The notes: generated from the sequence alone by a model not told the origin. Positions 1-12,646 are shown, numbered from the stretch's first letter. The stretch is DNA of 64,000 nucleotides from Eledone cirrhosa (GCA_964016885.1 OZ024740.1:401016001-401080000), one strand, 5' to 3'. Translations and numbers: made by a program.

Positions 1-726
1 AGGTTTAGATATAAGTTTGAAAGCGGAGTCAACGGAAGGGAGTTCCTGTCAACAAACTCACCATACGGTTTATATACAGAAGTCACTGATATCCAAGTAG
101 CTAAATGTCAGCAGAAGGGCAACCAGGAATCATGACCTAGACACGACCCTGCCCCCCTTACAGTGTAAGTTAAGAGACGAAACTTTCACTTGAGCGTGGC
201 TTCTTCTCTGAAGACCTACTCTCCAGCCCTTCTAAGGGTTTCGTCGCTAGTAGTAACATCCGATCAAGCAAAGACTGTACAATAAACATATTACAAGCAC
301 TGGCGTAAGGAAAGATGCATTCGTTTTACAGGACATTGCTAAATATTGACGACTTGAATCTGTAAGACTTTTAACCTAATTTTACTTCATCGTGACATAG
401 CAAGTACAAATATATTGTCTAGATTATTTCAAATCAATCAGCTTATGCTCATAGCGTAACCATTTTGTAGTTTCAGGGGACAGGGTTCTTCGCAAAAACA
501 CTATTTCATGCATTTCCCATCAATTATCTATCTGTTGGCGAATGTAGTGAATCCACGCATGCATATATTAGACACAGACCATTTGAGGGGGAAAACACGG
601 ATTATTCGTTTTTGTCTTGATCTGTCTCCGTTTCACATTTGAAAAGAGGGTAATAGCCCTAAAATATCATTTCTATCACATTGTACCGGTTTTTTGATAT
701 TATCAGTCATTTATATATATATATAA

Positions 727-908
727 TTGGCAATCGTAAGGTTGTGAGTTCGATTCCTGAACCAGGCGATGCGTTATGTCCTTGAGCAAGACACTTTATT
801 TCACATTGCTCCTTCTACCTGGAGTTGCGACCGATAAATAGTATTAGCAATTGGAAAGACCAACGGAAACATTGTTCCCTCGGTCCGATTTGACGAAAGT
901 CGATCGTT
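727..908 (+). mobile_element. tRNA-derived SINE family 2, 5'-truncated copy
   Basis: B-box GAGTTCGATTCC followed by GTCCTTGAGCAAGACACTTTATTTCAC (CORE/V-domain-like); body colinear with 11008-11222. Confidence 0.75.
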
Positions 909-1046
909 TAAAAAAAAAATATATATATATATATATAAAGAGAGAGAGAGAGAGAACACTGGAAAGGTAATATCCGTAGTGGTAGAGCACTCAGTCCATG
1001 GGACGAGTTAGGTAGAAGTAGTAACACAACAGTTAATTCACCATAC

Positions 1047-1084
1047 CGAGAATAAATTTTTCACCTTAGCGGATCCTCAGCTCG
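1047..1084 (-). ncRNA. Minimal type I hammerhead motif (family B, left arm)
   Basis: Minus strand cgag-CTGAGGA-tccgctaaggt-GAAA-aattta-TT-ctcg; stem I cgag/ctcg; stem III decayed. Confidence 0.65.
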
Positions 1085-1102
1085 CAATGGCCAGGGTTAT
1101 TT

Positions 1103-1140
1103 CGAGGTGAGGATCCGCTAAGGTGAAACAATTGTTCTCG
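1103..1140 (+). ncRNA. Minimal type I hammerhead motif (family B, right arm)
   Basis: cgag-GTGAGGA-tccgctaaggt-GAAA-caattg-TT-ctcg; palindromic stem III acaattgt; C3 mutated to G. Confidence 0.6.
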
Positions 1141-1170
1141 GTGTGGTGAACTAACTGTTGTGTCACCACT

Positions 1171-1349
<179 letters not shown>

Positions 1350-1354
1350 TGGTG

Positions 1355-1386
<32 letters not shown>

Positions 1387-1621
1387 ACACACACACAGAC
1401 ACACACACACACAAACACACAAACACATACACACACATATATATATATATATAATAATACTACTCTTTATAGTTATGTATATACTATAAACAGGAAAGGT
1501 CAGTAATTTCCTACTACCTTATCACCAGTAAGAGAAATAGTTCAATGTAAGAACATTAGTTGTTTTACAGAGCAGGAAAATAAATAAATTAGACAATTAT
1601 CAAAGTTGTGTTCAAATCATT

Positions 1622-1677
1622 TAATAGCTGACAATCGTTTCTTCCAAACTCTCGTTTGGTGTCATCGGAGCTTTATC
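1622..1677 (-). ncRNA. Type I hammerhead in PLE family A pLTR (CCGAUGA core)
   Basis: Minus strand gct-CCGATGA-caccaaacgagagtttggaa-GAAA-cgattg-TC-agc; predicted cut 1630/1629. Confidence 0.75.
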
Positions 1678-4049
1678 AATGTTTGCACATATAATTACCC
1701 TCCTATCCAACTGAACAATAATATAGATACATATATATTGATGTTGTGAGCAACAGTTTCGTATATACAGGGTGGAATGGATGTGACATATATTTTACGA
1801 GAATTGTACAATAATTGTACAAAAATTCAAAATCAAGTTAAAAGCACAGAGTGGAATATATGCAACAGATAAAACAAGAGAATAGTCCAATAATTAAAGA
1901 GGCATTGAGAAAGGAGTTTTGAGAAAGGAAGAGTGCATTAAAAATACATATGCAGCCGTGTGGAGAGTGCACATGCGTTAGTCATATATATGAGAAGGAA
2001 ACAAGCAAAGTTATTATGCATATATAGATAAATAAATACTGCACTTTAAGCAAATATGTTAATGTCTATGGGGGATATAGTATGTTGATGATGTTTGAAT
2101 TTGTGTGTGTTGGGAAACATAAAGTTGTTGCAGTCTTTTCCATGACATATGTTGAATTAAATTTTAGTTAATGTTTATATTGAATGTTTTAAGTTAGTTA
2201 GGGCAATGGATTGTAAATTAGTCTTATTATATTCATATTCATGGACGGTACATTTTCCAATCGTTAATTTCCGGAAGTGAATAAGGGGAGCTAATGCTTA
2301 AGGGGAGGTAACTAGCTAATTTTATTCAATTCAGTTATTTAAATTCTTTGCTCTAATACACATTATAATGTGATACCATTGAATCTCTATTACATTATGC
2401 TATATATTTATACTTGATTTTAAATGCAGTGTATTTTACTATAATACATTAAAGGCCTCTTCAGATTGTTATCTATTCATTACTGGACAAGGTATATGTT
2501 ACTAAGAATTGTATAGCTGTTAATATGTCCAAATAGATATATCATATGTGTAATAATATACATTATTGTTTTAAAAGTTAATCCCTAATATACAATGCTA
2601 TTACATTTATATTTAATTATAAATGTATATATACTTTATTATTATTATGTTGTGCTAAAGATAGGTCCCTTATATATATGTTATTAATTTAAATATTTAT
2701 TATATAATTATAAATGTATATATAGTTTCTTATCACATATTACATTTAATGTCTTTACATACTAAATATCCATTACTGTATATAATATAATTAATATATT
2801 GTAATTATATCATAATGTGGTAATTTTATGTTTAATTCTAACTGTTATTGCAGAGCATAAGGTTAGATACAAGTAGTTGTGTAGAGAAAAGGATTGATCA
2901 AAGAGTGTGTAGATGTGGGGGCTGATAAGTCCTAAATGTGAAGTGTTAATGGTGGTGGGGAATCCAAATCTGACATTGTTGTATACTAACAGCTGGGTTT
3001 AAAGTTATGGAGCAAGAGCCGGTATCGGTGTTGGCACGAAGAAAATGTCTCTGACTTTCTATTAAGGAGGTCTAGTTTCGAAAAGATTATAGTATGGGTC
3101 TCTAGAATACAGAGATTACACAATTTATTCGGTGGTTTTTACGATGAAGCCCTACCTACTACTTCTCATTGTAGTGTAAATGGTCTATTCCTAGTTTTCA
3201 GGGAGTGTACGTAGCCAGATAAAGAAGTGGAGCTGGCTAGATTGTGTTTTTTGAAAGAGTGGAGGTGCGAGTTGTATCTCGTCTTGAAGCCGTTCGAACT
3301 AGAGCCTATATGTTTTAGAAGAGTTGTTTGCGTTGACGGTGCATGAGTAGATGATGTCTTTGGTTAAGCAATTATTACCTAAGGGGCAAGTTCTATTAGT
3401 TCTACAATTACATTTATTCTGGATGTTAGCTTGCCGGTTACTATGTTGTGAAGAATTCTGGTTGCTAGGGATAGCACTAGGGTAATGATATCTGTCATAG
3501 CAGTAGGGTAATGATATTGTTATTGATTTCATTAGTGCTATTATCATTATTACTATTATTACTTTACAGTCTGAGTTCAAATCCCGCCGAGGTTAACTTT
3601 GCCTTTCATCCTTACGGGGTCGATAAAATAAAGACCAGTAATGTACTGGGTAATTGCTGGCCTTGTGCCTAAAGTAGAAACAATTATTACTATTATTACT
3701 ACTATGGTTTACATGTACTCAGTTTGCTTCCTGTTGTGTTTTAATTAGTTGGAAATAATTATTAATCTTCCTTTTATTACTACTAGCTATATGGTATGCT
3801 ATGTTCGCTGTGGTGGAGTACGAGATTTTAATGGTATTTCTATTGATAAGATTATTGTACTTGTTGCATGCATTCCACTCTGTGCTTTTAATTTGAATTT
3901 GAATTTGTGTACAATTATTGTAAAGTTCTCGTAAAATATATGTCACATCCATTCCACCCTGTAAATACGAAACTGTTGCTCACAACATCAATATATATGT
4001 ATCTATATTATTGTTCAGTTGAATAGGAGGTTAATTATATGTACAAACA

Positions 4050-4108
4050 TTGATAATGCTCCGATGACACAAAACGAGAGTTTGGAAGAAACGATTGTCA
4101 GCTATTAA
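4050..4108 (+). ncRNA. Type I hammerhead in inverted pLTR arm of family A
   Basis: ttgataatgct-CCGATGA-cacaaaacgagagtttggaa-GAAA-cgattg-TC-agctattaa. Confidence 0.75.
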
Positions 4109-4154
4109 ATGATTTGAACAGAACTTTGATAATTGTCTAATTTATTTATTTATA

Positions 4155-4233
<79 letters not shown>

Positions 4234-4235
<2 letters not shown>

Positions 4236-7200
4236 AAGGCGGGTAAAATTCCCGAGATCCATGGACGAGTTCTCTCCAGCGGTCTCTGTCCCTCATTATC
4301 GCTGCCATGTCCTGCGTCTCCAACAGACCAGTGTCTGTCCTTAGGGCATCAACATATGTTAACCTTGGTCTTCCTCTTCCAGTGTGTCCATGTAGGGGCT
4401 CCCAAAGGAGCACGGAGTGCAATGTCAACTCTGGATGTCGGTGAGCATGTCCAGCCAACCTCAGTCTCCTCTGTGTCACTTTTGAGCTGACTTTTGGGAG
4501 GCTCCCATACAGCTCTGAGTTTTTCATCCTCAGTGTATACTGATTAATGTTCAGAGCCATCCTCAGCATTCTCGTGTAGCACCCATCCACCATCTGAGTG
4601 AGTCTCTTGGTCAGTGTCCAAGTCTCAGACCCATACAGCAGCACAGACTCCACTACAGCAATGAAGAGGCGGATTTTCAGGTCTCTACGAAGGTCCGACT
4701 TCCACACCGATCTCAAGCTGTGGCACGCTGCCCAGGCCTTGCTCTTCCTCTCAACCACATCATCTTCCGTATTCCCAATCTTTGCTCCCAAATACAGGAA
4801 GTCCTCAACCAATTCCAGCGGCTTCCCGCCTACATTAGTGATCCCCTCTGGCTTCTCAACATTCTCTACCAGATATTTTGTTTTAGTCTCATTCATTCTC
4901 AGCCCCACACTCATCGACACAGTCTCAACCTCCCGCATCAAATCCTCTGCCTCCTTCACTGTATTTGTCACCAAAACTATGTCGTCGGCAAATTCAGCAT
5001 CCGATACCTTTTTCGCCCCAACTCTCCTGCTCTGAGCCGGTGCTACAGTAAAGCCAGAGTCCTGGTGTTTCTCCAGTGCAAGGCGCATACAATAGTCCAC
5101 TACGATGATAAAAAGGTAGGGAGCCAATGTATCTCCCTGGAGCACTCCAGCCAGTATCTCAAAGAACTCTGTCATCCCATCAGGTGTAATGACTTGGGCT
5201 TTGGTGTTGGTGTAGAGCAGTGATATCAGGTCCACTATCCTCTTGGGGATTCCATAAGCCTGTAAGATCTTCATCAGGCAGTAACGGTCCACAGAATCAA
5301 AGGCCTTCCTAAAGTCAATGAAAACCATGACCGCAGGAAGGCACTTTGCTCTAGCTCCCTCTAATATCCTCCTCAGCATCAGGATGTGACTGGTGGTTGA
5401 TCTACCCTCTCTGAAGCCGTTCTGGTTGTCCCTGAGCTTCTTCTCCATCTCAGGCTGGATCCTGTTAAGAATCATCCTGTTGAGGGTCTTTGCCACAAGT
5501 GACGTCGGTGAGATCCCCCGGTAGTTGTTGGTGTTAGAGAGATCTCCCTTCTTTGGCACTGGGACGATGTTACTGATCCTCCACTGATTCGGGGCAACTC
5601 CCTTCTCCAGTGCCCCGTTACAGAACCCCAGGATGATATCATCAAAATCACACCACTTCATCACCTCTGATGCTACTCCATCTTCTCCATGAGCCTTGCC
5701 CTCCTTGATCTTCTTCTTGGCTCTCTGAAGCTCCTCTCTGGTGAAGGGCTCTGTCTCAACATCCAGTTCCTCAAACAGCCGCCTGATCTCCCCAGTGCTC
5801 TGGGCTGTGGAGGGTGGCTCTCCTAGTAGGGTCCTAAAATGGTCTAGCCATTTCCTCTTCCTATCCTCGGGCCCCGTTCCCTGGATCTGACTCGAACACC
5901 TTTTCTTCCTCCCTGTGATCTCGTTGATGATCATCCAGCTCTCCTTACATCCAGATCTGTCAACCGCTCTCTCCACACTTCTGATCTTCTCTATCAGTGC
6001 CTCCTCTCTGACCTCAGTGTAAGCGGTACAGAGCTCTTCCCTCATCACCTCCACAGTCTCCATCCTCTCCTCCGTAGGATCAGCATAGAATTGGTCCCTG
6101 GCAGCTTTCAGGTGTTCTCTGGCTGCACACACTTTTGGGTCTGCAGAGCTGACGTGCTTCCCTTTGTTCTTTTTCCTCGGCACCAGGGTTTCACTTGCTT
6201 TCGCCACTGCATTGGTGAAGTGCCCGTACCTCCTCGTCACACTCTCCTCAGTCCATCCAATCTCTCTCTCCTCTGACTCTCCACACAGAGCACTAAACCT
6301 GTTTCTCACTTCCACTGTGAACCTCTCCTGTAGCTTATCATCTTCCTTGAAAGCTCCCCAGTCATAGATTGTTCTCCGGGGCTGAGCCTTGCTCTTTCTT
6401 AAGCTCACGCGGACCTCACTCATAACAAGCCGGTGGTCACTACCCAGTGTACTGAAATAGCTGTATGGTTCCGTGTTCAGAACACTATTCCGCCACTTTT
6501 TCCTCACCAGAATGAAATCAATCTGGGACTTGGACAGGTGCACATCTGAGATGTAGGTCCACATCTTCCCCAGATTCTTCCTAAACCTTAGGTTGGTCGC
6601 CATCAAGTTCGCCTCCAGCAGGGTGTCTCTCAGTAGTCTTCCATTTCGGTTGGTGTTGTTATGGAAGTACCAGCAAGGATCTTCACTGCCCTCCTTACTC
6701 AGATGTGCATTGAAGTCCCCCAAAACAAGCAGGATATTGTGTGCCTGAGTGGTGTTGACAGCTCTACACACTTCCTCATGGAACTCCTCGGCATTCACAT
6801 CACTGTCCCCCTCGGTTGGACTATAGGCTGAGATGACTGTCAGTCTTGGGTTTCCATTGAAGGTCACCCTCAACACTCGCGGGGAGATAGGCATTATTTC
6901 CCTCACCAACAGATTGGTTTTTGCACTGAACACAAAACCCACTCCTCCTACTGCAGCATTTGTTGTGTTCTTCACTGCCGATGTAGTGATGAGCTGGCTC
7001 TTCCTCCCGATCATCACACTCCTCACGGGCTCATCGTGTAGAATCCTGTGTTCTTGGATCGCAAGTATCTGTATACCACTCTCCTCGAACAGATGTCCCA
7101 ACTCCTCTCTCTTCTCCAGCGTTCGAATAGTCCTCACATTCAAAGTGCCCATTTTGATGGCTCTTCTGCAGGACAAAACTACATTCTTTATATTTGTCTC

Positions 7201-7368
7201 AGAGACAGCTGATCCATCATCCACTGGCCCTCTCTGTGGCTCTAAGCCAGCAGAGTCATAACGACCAGGCTGCTCCTTGACAGTGTAATTAGGGGCTCTA
7301 ACCCTAGTGCTGTTAGATCGACTCTCCATATTTCTTTTCAATGGCTGACAATACCTTACCGGCGCCAC
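4234..7368 (-). CDS. RTE-clade LINE ORF: APE endonuclease plus reverse transcriptase, uninterrupted 1044 codons
   Basis: APE motifs GTLNVRT, IQEHR, SAYSP, LGDFNAH, QIDFIL, SDH; RT motifs YRGIS, QNGFR, FIDFRKAFDSV, GVLQGDTLAPYLF, FADD; RTE-like C-terminus GRGRPRLTY. First in-frame ATG near 7329. Confidence 0.95.
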
Positions 7369-7542
7369 TCGAATAAGGTAGTTATTTAACCCATAAATGG
7401 AGCCCTAACAGGTACTACCACCCCGGGCCAGGGCAGACCTGGGAGTCATGACAACTAAGGGGTAACTCCATATTCCCCACATCTCCTGAACTCCCGAACT
7501 GGAGCCTTGCCACTGGATGTAGTTTAATGTCATACCCAAGAC

Positions 7543-7545
<3 letters not shown>
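4234..7545 (-). mobile_element. Apparently full-length RTE-clade non-LTR retrotransposon
   Basis: Single ORF plus ~180-nt 5' region; both ends abut (TA)n. Confidence 0.9.
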
Positions 7546-7603
<58 letters not shown>

Positions 7604-7761
7604 TTGGTGCACTAAAATAGCTATATATATATGAATGTATATATAGTGTATTTTGCAATACACTGTATGCTTAATTAAAAGCATTTCGAAGACCTTATGC
7701 TATTGTTTTAGAGTAGTGACAGACTCACTTACTTTAATTTTCAGCAAGTAGGGGGAGATAA

Positions 7762-7806
7762 AGCTGACAAGGCCTTGTTTCGCATTTATTGATGCTTATC
7801 AAACCC
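7762..7806 (-). ncRNA. Hammerhead with U3-A8 core (family C, copy 1)
   Basis: Minus strand TTGATAA-gcat caataa atgc-GAAA-caaggccttg-TC-agc; stem I has one mismatch. Confidence 0.7.
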
Positions 7807-8237
7807 AACTACCCCTCCTCTTTGCTGAAATCATGGATGTTTGGTTCTTATAGAATTCTAGTAAATAATCAGGAACTGATTATACAGAGCGGTTGCTGGT
7901 CAAGCAGAAATTGAAAATTAGAATTGGTGCTCTGAAATTGCTATATATATATGAATGTATATATAGTGTATTTTGCAATACACTGTATGCTTAATTAAAA
8001 ACATTTCGAAGACCTTATGCTATTGTTTTAGAGTAGTGACAGACTCACTTACTTTAATTTTCAGCAAGCAGGGGGAGATAAAGCTGACATTCATATATAT
8101 ATAGCTATTTAAGAGCTCCAATTCTAATTTTCAATTGCTGCTTGACCGGCTACAGCTCTGTATAATCAGTTCCTGATTATTTACTAGAATTCTATAAAAC
8201 CAAACATCCATGATTTCAGCAAACATGAGGGGTAGTT

Positions 8238-8283
8238 GGCTTTGATAAGCATCAATAAATGTGAAACAAGATCTTGTCAGCTT
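8238..8283 (+). ncRNA. Hammerhead with U3-A8 core (family C, inverted copy)
   Basis: ggct-TTGATAA-gcat caataa atgt-GAAA-caagatcttg-TC-agct. Confidence 0.75.
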
Positions 8284-8408
8284 TATCTCCCCCTGCTTGC
8301 TGAAAATTAAAGTAAGTGAGTCTGGCACTACTCTAAAACAATAGCATAATGTCTTCGAAATGCTTTTAATTAAGCAACAGTGTATTGCAAATTACACTAT
8401 ATATACAT

Positions 8409-8442
<34 letters not shown>

Positions 8443-8444
<2 letters not shown>

Positions 8445-8637
8445 CAAAGGAATTGTGGTAAGGAACCAAATGGACCATAACGCACCAGAGGACTCAATAC
8501 TTAGGGTAGTAGAGTAGGAAATAGGAAAAAGTATGACCCCGACGACAGAGCTCAAGCCGTTTCGACGGCTATTTCTGGACAGAAATAGCCGTCGAAACGG
8601 CTTGAGCTCTGCCGTCGGGGTCATACTGTTTCCTACA
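8443..8637. mobile_element. Fold-back element family D, copy 1
   Basis: Near-perfect palindrome centred ~8578 plus ~80-nt tail; contains HHR 3' half GAAA-cggc-ttgagctct-gccg-TC; four more copies in the window. Confidence 0.8.
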
Positions 8638-8683
8638 TATATATATATATATATATATACAGAGAGAGAGAGAGAGAGAGTGA

Positions 8684-8748
<65 letters not shown>

Positions 8749-11007
8749 GGACTGGGTTGGATAGATTTCTTGCGGTTGTGAGAGGAGCTATGTATTTGTT
8801 GTATAGTGTGCGTGTCAGATTATTATATCCTCATAAGTGAAATAGGATTACATTCGAGATAAGTTATATAGGTTGTGAGTTTATATCAAGTATTAACCTA
8901 AGCACCGTTTGTACTATACAGGACAGCAATTAGAATCATCTGACTTTCCCCATATATATTTACATATGCCAATATATGTGCATCTTCAGTTACTAACTCC
9001 TAATTCATATTTGCCAATATACACACAGACACATACATACATTCAACCCGTTTATGTATGTACATATATATATAATCGTATGTAGGAAACTATATGTATG
9101 GAGGCATATGTCAAAACGACATTTGTAATCTTATATGACAGGCGTTCGTCAATGTATATAGATCAATGAAACTATTAAACTATTCTGAACATATATGTAA
9201 ATATAAAAAAAATATATATATTGTTATATTAATGTCTGTTAATATCATTGTTATGGCGTTAAGCATACATTTTTCTGTCGCATCATTTCATCAATATTAT
9301 GTGTAGTTTTTCTGCCTTTTACATTATTCATAAACCTTCAGATAGTTCAGCATTCATTTGCTCTTTCTTTATAACCTTGTGCTCTCCGCTATAAAAAGTA
9401 TTTTTATACCGATCAGTTTAATAAGTAGTTTATAATCATTATTGACAACATAGGTACAGTATGTCAGATCAACACTATATACAAATGGAACACACGTTCT
9501 CAATCGTTTAGAAATGTCCATCCGTTATTTAGTTAATTCCTTAGTTAGACGTTTGTATCCTTATTCAATGTTTATTTATAATCCGTTACTAGTAAAAACA
9601 GTTTTATTTACCCATAAGGTTACGTTAGATATGGGAAACACAAATTTGTTTGTTTTGGCCGGTTGTTTCTTATAGATTAATTTCCTAAGATCTTTTTTCA
9701 TTCCTTTCTCACCACTTAACCCGCATTGAGCTGATATGCAAATTGACCGGGATATTAATGGAATACATATGCCTTTGAGTGTAGCTGACAATGTGCTTGT
9801 TATAACATGTTACGCCTTCGAATATCACTTTCCGAAATTTTTCCATTTCACATTCACCAGGCCAAAGCATAAACATCGTAGTTTACTTATAGATTAGCTG
9901 TGTTTCTCAAATTACGAGTGAACAACAAAATGATCCAAAGGGTCTCACACCTCAGATATGTTTGTGCAAATTCTAGCGTCCGTAAAACAATCTGTATAGT
10001 AAGAAAATTGGACAGGAGATTATTTCTTCATTCCTTTGTTAGGCAGTAAAGAAAACATTGCAGTATAAGGTTTAGTAAAAGGTAAGCATACCGCAAGCAA
10101 TTTTATGATCAAAGATGTTTAAAACATAATATATCTCGTATTATATTAAACAGTGTGACATTTGTAAGAGGAAATGTTCTGATTTGAGAAGAATACGCTA
10201 CTATCTATAACATGAGGAGTGACCATGCATGGCTTATTCTGATGCAGGGATATAAATCCACTTGCAATCCAAGGAAGTACTCCTCTATCAACTATAACGT
10301 GTTACCCTCTATTTTTATCTAGATAGGTTGTATTATTCTTGTTTAAATCTATGGCGTAAGAATATAGAGCAATTGTGGGAGATAGGTATAAATAACACCA
10401 GGCGATATTGTCTCTCCGCCAGCGGTTTATAAAAACATAACACATTTCTTCCGTAATAAATACCTTTGAATTAACAGTAATTTCATATCTTGTATAAACC
10501 TGTAACAACAACATCTCTTTCTTAAAGTACAAAGAGTTAATTTAGCGCTGAAAAGTTATATAGTTTCACAAGGATTTACAGACAAATAGGCTAAACATTA
10601 TTGGTATTACGAACCAAGAATGCCTCCAACTAGTCGAATTTCTCCAGATTCAGGTCTTTCTCTTTCTATCATTATATTTCATTCTATATATCTAATTATA
10701 TCTAATTCTATTTAAATATTTCCCCCAAATGTTTCAGCCCGTGATTTGAACATTCCAGAATATCATCTCAGCCAACATATTATATATCTCTAGATATATC
10801 AGCGAATCCTTACCCGCAGTACAGAAAATAACCATTATATCATAACGTCTAATAAGAGAAAACTGTTTGGATTGTGGTTTGTATACACAAGATGGGACAG
10901 GAAGATTTCATGAAAGTTGAACTAACTAGAAATTTGAGGGCTTATTGATTACTAGTTTAACACCGGTAAAAACTGGGTTGTCTTATTATAAATACATATA
11001 TTAAAAA

Positions 11008-11222
11008 AAGGCGTGTGGCTGAGTGGTTAGAGAATTGGATTCACAATCTTGAGGTTGTGAGTTCGATTCCTGGACCGGACGATACGTTATTTCGTTGTGC
11101 AGCACACTATATTTCACGTTGCTCCTTCTACCTGGAGTTGCGACCGATAGATAATACTAACAACTGGAAAGACCGACGGAAACATTGCTTCTACGGTCCG
11201 ATATGACGAAAATTCGATCGAT
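11008..11222 (+). mobile_element. tRNA-derived SINE family 2
   Basis: A-box TGGCTGAGTGG, B-box GAGTTCGATTCC; body matches 727-908. Confidence 0.8.
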
Positions 11223-11535
11223 CCTATACATATATAAACGCCGCTCAAATTAGTTTACATTGCCTTAAGGTAGTTGTGATAATGTGTTAAAGTAAACTAT
11301 AGCACTATTAGATTTCCCTGCATCATTAAATAACTATGCTTGTGTCACTCCACGTGATCAGTATGTCTTGAGTTGAGCGAAATATCTGCAAGGCGAATCG
11401 CGTCATTATTGATAGTATGGACCCTGTGCAGATGATATACGTCATGATAGCTAAGAACAATCAAACTTTATATTCAATTTATATATGTATGTGTGTGTAT
11501 GTGTGTATGTATGTATGTATGTATGTATGTATATA

Positions 11536-12590
11536 CTAGCTGAGTAGCATGTCTTTGATGGGAAATAATCACAATAGTATGCCTTCATTTCAATTTTTTT
11601 ATCTGCTGGATAATCCCCTTGATTAATTTGGTTAATTTATAATGTTTGTATAAACAATGTTTGTTGTTTTCCTACTCTTAAACATCCAAAGCTGACCATA
11701 AGTGAATATGGGCTCTTCAAATTGTAAAATGGCAACCGAAAACGTTTGTCCTTGTGATGTGTTGATGGTCATGGCAAAACTAAGACCCACTGGAAAATGA
11801 AGTTGTTTAAATTGAAATGGAACATCAGTGGGGATAACAGGAATTCTTGGAACGAATACATACTTTCCCCTACCATTTCATGTTGAAATGGTGACTTGAA
11901 TCGCGCGTGGATACATATTTTTCACAACCAATCAAGTGCTGTTGCATAGCCTTGGATGGGTCCAAATTCCTCAATAACAAGTGAAGGACATCTGGAGGCA
12001 TTCCTGGTGGTTTCAAAGAGTTGAGGATCACTGTCGGTTAATTGACAGCTTCCGACGGTTCCAACACATTGTTGACAGATTGATAGAGCTTCGAAACCGT
12101 TGGAATTCTTTTTAACAGCTCTTGATTTACCAATTTCACAGTCACATTTTTCGGGGCCAATACAGCCCTTTCACTGAGCCGCATGTGACATGCGAACTGA
12201 TACTAAAGATTAGGGAACACTTTTTCAATGAAATAGAATAATGATTCCACCATCGGGCCCATGGGACTTATATGAATAGCTCCCACAGGAAGTCACCCGT
12301 TGCCAAGCATTATTCTGATTCAAATCCCGCCGAGGTTAACTTTGCCTTTCATCCTTACGGGGTCGATAAAATAAAGTACCAGTATGTACTGGGATAATTG
12401 CTGGCCTTGTGCCAAAAGTAGAAACAATTATTATATTCTGGGCGAACTGCTCTGTTTGTTCGTTTTTACGAAGATATGCTCTCATGTTCTAGCGAGCTTG
12501 AAAACATTAATAGTCGATTTTTTCAGACAAGCTCGGATTTGATCAATCCATTGCCTTTTGGAATAACTGGGAGAGATTGTCTAAAAGATC
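11536..12590 (-). mobile_element. Helitron remnant (PIF1-like helicase C-terminus and 3' CTAG end)
   Basis: Minus-strand translation VFVPRIPVIPTDVPFQFKQLHFPVGLSFAMTIN; frameshifted; terminal CTAG at 11536-11539; SINE fragment nested at ~12315-12432. Confidence 0.8.
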
Positions 12591-12646
12591 CTTCTCCCCC
12601 TCCTCCCCCCTCCTCGTTCTCCTCGTTCTCCTCCTCCTACTACTAC

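Larger units (their letters stand above)
956..1170. mobile_element. Fold-back non-autonomous PLE-type element, family B
   Basis: Inverted arms ~1022-1084 and ~1103-1166 plus unique ~65-nt tail on the left; flanked by microsatellites; each arm carries an HHR motif. Confidence 0.7.
1451..4152 (-). mobile_element. Penelope-like element family A, copy 1 (3' part with inverted 5' pLTR segment)
   Basis: Cys linker CNCRTNRTCPLGNNCL (ORF 3299-3580) and decayed GIY-YIG region ~3010-3350; ~3860-4152 is the reverse complement of ~1580-1880; colinear with 20448-23845; SINE fragment nested at ~3570-3690. Confidence 0.85.
7598..8410. mobile_element. Retrozyme-like element family C: 320-nt monomer in partial tandem plus an inverted monomer
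   Basis: 7598-7917 repeated at 7918-8089 (period 320); 8087-8410 is one reverse-complement monomer; one HHR per monomer; no credible ORF. Confidence 0.8.

Noticed and set aside
4158-7261. Plus-strand ORFs within the LINE
   Set aside because: Antisense shadows of the RTE ORF
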